A stretch of 56,342 nt of DNA, counting the filler, from Sluysia triapertura (Eukaryota), in NCBI GenBank assembly GCA_046118255.1. It is 4 parts of 4 records of this genome, joined end to end, with 100 filler letters (N's around TTAATTAATTAA, not from the genome) between each part and the next. Parts side by side here need not be neighbours in the genome. Positions count along the whole stretch, not along the records: positions 42,368 to 56,342 come from JBJNIA010012207.1; 3 more parts are not named here. One strand, written 5' to 3'. The position numbers were made by a program, and so were the translations under genes. Numbering within the stretch: position 1 is the first letter of the stretch; each line of letters starts with the position of its first letter. The notes beneath the pieces were generated by a model. It made no database searches. It had not been told where the DNA came from and saw only the letters and a program-made list of their open reading frames with translations. Below, in pieces: positions 51,300 through 56,342 of the stretch.

Positions 51300-53590
51300 C
51301 ATTCTTGACAAAATATTGAAGTTTCTCTGACAATAAAGTGCTTAATTCATCAGGCGAAAGTTTCGATAAACCTAAATTATAATTATAACATTATATCACA
51401 ATTATATTTTCAAATGAAAATTCATAATATCATTTAGAAACAGATTATTATTACTATTTTATTCTATTATTAGATTCATGACCGAATTATTTTAGAAAAG
51501 TATTTGAGACCTTTCTCTAAAGACCTTATGCTTCCAGCTTTATTATTCGTAATCAACGGATGTCACTGTAGTTGTTCATTTATGTAAGATACATTTATCA
51601 GGTTCAAAAAAACAAATTAAACTATTTTGAAAACGAGTTGTTTCTATCTTCCAGATTCCTCAGATTCAAGCGAGTAATTGTACCATCTTTGATCATGGAT
51701 TTAAGATCACATCAGATTGAGGACCTTGATGTGAAATATTTCGAGTCAATTGAAAATAAAATTGAAAATAGCTACTTTTAGAAGCAAACTAATCAATATA
51801 TTAATTACTTAATCTGATTTCCTACATAAATGAGGTCACATACTTTGTTCGTACTGTTTTTGTTCCACAGACTTCGTAAAAGAAACAAATCGTTTATTTG
51901 TGACATCCAATATCTTATCGTTCAACCTTTGCACAACGTATTCCGAATTCATCAACTGTTCCAGGACCGGTACATGATCTGTTAGTTTACTATCGAATAC
52001 CATTCGTTGCAAGTCCATTGTTATCTTCAGTACATTGTTAACAACTATTTCTTCAAAACCCAATTCTGACAGCTGTTTATTATCGATCAAAAGACCGTTT
52101 ATTATCAAAAATGGACGAGTTTGAGTTATTATTCCACTACTTTCCAGAAATTTCCATGATGCCTAAAAAATTCAATCCTGTTCAATATCTATCTATAATT
52201 TTTGTTATATCATTAAATTAAAAAGTCAAGCAGCAAATTAAATATATTAAGTAAATTTTGCACGAATAACGTAAACCTTGCAATCAATTAAGTAATAAAT
52301 ATATTTGAATTAGTTTAAAAATTCGGCTTTACTTATCATAAAATATTATGAAACAACTATCACGGAAATAAAATCAGCATATACAAGATCGTATTTGCAC
52401 AATGGATTTCACTATTATCGAGAATTAAAAGATGATGATTATGAGATTTCCAGACTTAATTTGACAAACTTGTCACTGTATTCTCATTTTCTAAATCCAA
52501 TAGAAAATGCTTTTTCGGATGGGGAAAATTTTATTCAATTTCTGATATAAATTTGGAAAAATAACTCAAGAAAATTGTAGTGCGTTTTATAGGAAAATGC
52601 TGCTGTAAACAGAGAAATAATCCTAGAATAAAAAGTAAATTTCTATTTTTGATTTTCATTTTTTAAATATTTTTAAATTAATTCAATATTTTTAATATAT
52701 TACTTAATTAATTACAAGGTTTACGTAATTCATGCAAAATTTAGATCGAAAATAGATCGAAAAACCCTACATATATCTTATATGCATTACAAATATTTCA
52801 ATAACATTAGTAAATGCAAAATATGTTTTCTTGGTTTAATCAATATGTACGACCAGTATAAATAATTAATTATTTTTGTTTAGCAGGTTACTTATCAGGT
52901 ATTTATAACCATGCAAGAAACAAATTTTTAAGTTAGACAATGAGTTTGGATAATTCCAACTTCTAATGGGTTAAACAAAAAGTTTATTAAAAACATAATT
53001 CCGCCATTGCATGGCCATGTACCTGTTGTTATTATTATGTAATATGCATCACAACAAATTCGACAAATATTCGGTATAAAACGAGCTAAAGAAAGAATTT
53101 AATAATCGTGTTAAAAATTGTATAGTAATATTCCTTCAAACATAAAAACTCTAACATGAACATTATCATCATAATCTGACTTTTCTCCAAATACCATCTC
53201 CATATCAATGTCTGGAAATTTAGACTTCAATAAATCTTTGATTGCTTGTGCGTTCAGTGTGTCATCATCTTCCAACTGAAATTAGAAATAAGAATTGTTC
53301 ACAATGAAGATTTTTTGTATCTAGTGTACAATGTGTACATCCACATACTTTTCAAGAGAATCTATTATATATACATCTTACTACTAGTACTACTAGTACT
53401 ACTATTACGATTACCTTTTCATTGTATAATTAAATTAAGTCTAACCGATGAATAATAATCAGTTACGAAACTAAGGCCAGATAAAGCACTGTCTTGTTCA
53501 CTGGTAGCGAAATTGAATGCTCGTATTAAAGTTCTTCCTGTATTGGTTCGATAATCTTCATCGGGATTTACAGCCCATAAAAAACCCATT
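51300..53590 (-). CDS. UGGT: UDP-glucose:glycoprotein glucosyltransferase, four internal exons (53446-53590, 53156-53275, 51844-52162, 51300-51371)
   Basis: Phase-compatible GT-AG exons give MGFLWAVN...GRTLIRAFNF...KSKFPDIDMEMVFGEKSDYD...FLIINGLLID...LQRMVFDSKL...LMNSEYVVQRLNDKIL, matching the UGGT thioredoxin-like region. Confidence 0.85.
52254..52741 (+). mobile_element. Internally deleted Tc1/IS630-type DNA transposon in a UGGT intron
   Basis: ~45-bp imperfect TIRs (AATTTTGCA(C/T)GAAT(A/T)ACGTAAACCTTG...), TA flanks, internal LYSHFLNPIENAFS (YSPxLNPIE motif). Confidence 0.85.
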
Positions 53591-53773
53591 CTAAAATAGA
53601 AAGATTTTAATTTCTAAATTGTTGATAACCAATGAAAATAATCTTAGTATTTTATCAAGTTAAATACTCTGTCAATACGAATATGTTTGAGGACAGTAAA
53701 ATAGTGAAAACTCAATTACACAAATGTACAATGAAATCAAAAAATTAATAAAATGCTAAAACTAATACTAACT

Positions 53774-53775
<2 letters not shown>

Positions 53776-53822
<47 letters not shown>
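53776..53822. repeat. (AAT)n microsatellite
   Basis: Directly visible. Confidence 0.95.
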
Positions 53823-53824
<2 letters not shown>

Positions 53825-55029
53825 CACTTTAAGATTAATTTTTACTGAACGTCTTAGATACATTGTCTATTAAGAAAATAAAAGCTGTTCATTTATTAAT
53901 AATTATAAACAGAGAAAATCATAAACAGAGATTTTGTTTGTGTTTTTGCTTATAATAAAGTCAGAGTGATTAAAATATAAGAAACAAAATTGTCATAAAG
54001 AAAGTTGTGCCAAGTAAATACCTTCTGAAGACAAGCACACAGATGTACTAATCGAAATGCACTACATTAATTACCAAAACTAATTTGTCAATCATCATGA
54101 TCGACTCTTTTACAGTAAAGTTAATATTCTTATGTTAATCGATAAAAATTCGAATAAGTAAAGTTAGTAAATTTTTTATTAGTATTTAATTTGTTTATAA
54201 AATTATTAAGGTTGGGAATGAACCTTTAACACGGAAGACCTGTGATGCTTGTTCTACTGTCACTTGAAATTCGATAAAGAATTAAAATTCCCAAAATAAG
54301 CTGAATTAATAGTTAGGTACTCAGTTTTATCCCACTTATTTGTATTTTTCTGTGTGCATTCTATTAATCGCAAAAGACAGTTTCTAATGTAGAATGTTTA
54401 TTAATTTATTCTTAATCACAACACCAACAGAAGTATACCTTAAAGATAAACTTTTTATTGAACAATCTAAAGAAAACACACAAGATAAAACCACTATTTG
54501 ATAGAAATTGGTAGACACATTTTCAGCATTTAATTAAACAAATCACAACGAAAGAATTTTCGAAAAAAGTGTATTAAATTATATTTATTTCTTATTTATA
54601 ATTCTAGTGATATTAGACTTTATTTAGGGAAATCTGTTAGAAGCGCTCAAATTTTGATTCTTTTGAAAACCCGATAGTTAATATGCACTTATGATATATT
54701 CGAATAGTTGTAACAAGCACTACAGAATGGCCACAAGTAACCTTTTTTCTAATAGTGATATAAGTAGCAACATCAAATTATGACCTGTTTGTAATGCATA
54801 ACTTTTTGTTGTCACTACAAACTTCCTCATTTAGAATTCTTTAACATTAAGAATAAAATAAACTGCCAGTTCCAATAAAATGATTCCTAGCTCAATAAAC
54901 TATAAGTGAAATATGGAAAAGATGACACATCACAAGAACATATGTATCGTTACTAACTACAGTTTTTACAAAAAATTATATATATTGGTTTATTAGATTT
55001 TGCTTTCTTTTCAAAATGTAAAAGAATTC

Positions 55030-55800
55030 ATTATTTTGACAGTGTACGTTCTCTAAATAACGCCGGTTTTGGTCGAAACACTGCTCACAACGTGAAACAA
55101 TGGAATCGAACTAATTCACGAAATAATTCTTTTGGTATTATTATTTCAAGTTTCATAAGAAATTCGATAGGGGAATATTCTAAAGTATCCAATCTCATCA
55201 ACGAAGAATCTGACGCAGCAATGGCAGAGTGAATGTCTCTCATCTTGCTGAAAATAAAACTACTCATCTTCAAAGTCTTCTTTAATACTTGGCATGACAA
55301 ACTGTAGCAGCAAGTTCAAGAATAGTCTAATTACTCTTTTAAATGATAAGCCGTCGACAGTAATATGCGGATTCTCAGATTCCTAAAAGATACAATTGCG
55401 GTGATTAATTGAACCATTTAATTCGAACGTGACCTCGTCATTCCACACAATATGTGTTGGAAAGTGTGTTTATTCGATACTTTGTTCCAACCACCATTTA
55501 CAATACTGTCTTCTTCGGTCATGATCATTGAAGAGGATGGATTAATCTTGAGATGATTTTAAAATGTCACAAAGACTTTCTTGAACTTCGATGAAACGCT
55601 TTCAAGACTCTTCCTTCTTTTGTAGAGCTTGTCGAACCTTTTCATGGACTTTCTGAACAGCTAAATCGTTTCTTTCGAGTAATGATAGATTCTTTTTGAA
55701 TCTCACTTCTAAATTGCCCTTACATCACCAGTTAACGAATATCCTCGAAGTTTATTTTTATCATTAGAAATAAGGTTTAAATCAATCGATTTAAAATGAA
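55030..55800 (-). mobile_element. Tc1/mariner (rosa/maT-like) transposase pseudogene
   Basis: IVWNDEVTFELNGSINHRNCIF*ESENPH and FYFQQDE motifs; stops and deletions. Confidence 0.8.
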
Positions 55801-56134
55801 TGACTGTGACAATATTTTATTATGATTTTCTTTTCTCCAATAAAATAAGTATATCAATGAAATCTGTCATTCTGTAACTCTGACAACTGTCATAGATTTT
55901 AACTAATTCCTAAGACGAGTTTCTTATTGCATAAACAAATCTTAAAATCAACTTCAAACTAGATCACCATATTCGGAAAAATAAATATCCAAAAAGTACA
56001 TCAAGACTTTAGTATTTTCTTATTTTATTTTAATTATATACGTTGATTTTATATTATTTTTAAAATATTCCTATTCACTAATTTTTAGAAATATTAATTC
56101 TACTGTTGATTTTATTTTTTAATTACTTTACTTT

Positions 56135-56137
56135 TAT

Positions 56138-56169
<32 letters not shown>

Positions 56170-56267
56170 TTATTATTATTACTCCTACTACATTACTGCT
56201 ACTATTATTATTGTTGTTATTCTTATTACTACCACAACAACTATTATTTTATCATTACTACTACTAC

Positions 56268-56342
<75 letters not shown>
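56135..56342. repeat. Compound (ACT)n/(ATT)n/(AAT)n microsatellite
   Basis: Directly visible. Confidence 0.9.

Overview
Very AT-rich eukaryotic (invertebrate-type) genomic DNA with ~40-nt GT-AG introns. Four contigs are joined by three artificial 100-nt N linkers containing TTAATTAATTAA. Host genes: an intronless MCT/SLC16-like MFS transporter, a possible p25-alpha/TPPP-like protein, a two-exon Cys-rich single-pass PPxY membrane protein, one PDE1 exon and four UGGT exons. The rest is mostly transposon debris (gypsy gag, L2/Crack LINE, piggyBac, Tc1/mariner, MITEs). The main finding is a family of six 0.6-3.6 kb insertions (E1-E6). They start TGTGG(T/A)G(G/A) and, where the end is intact, finish in CAACA, with 4-5 bp target-site duplications and no recognisable transposase. 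The four best-conserved copies (E1, E4, E5, E6) share an A/C-rich 5' module and a stem-loop cluster with compensatory base changes, three of them with a CCAAT box. Each carries a variable, intron-containing cargo gene (degenerate nuclear receptor or Unkempt-type CCCH zinc finger) and a poly(A) signal. Three copies sit inside copies of one host repeat. A second, ~150-bp TGT...CAACA element carries a tRNA-Ala-like Pol III unit. All homology calls come from motif recognition by eye; no searches were run.
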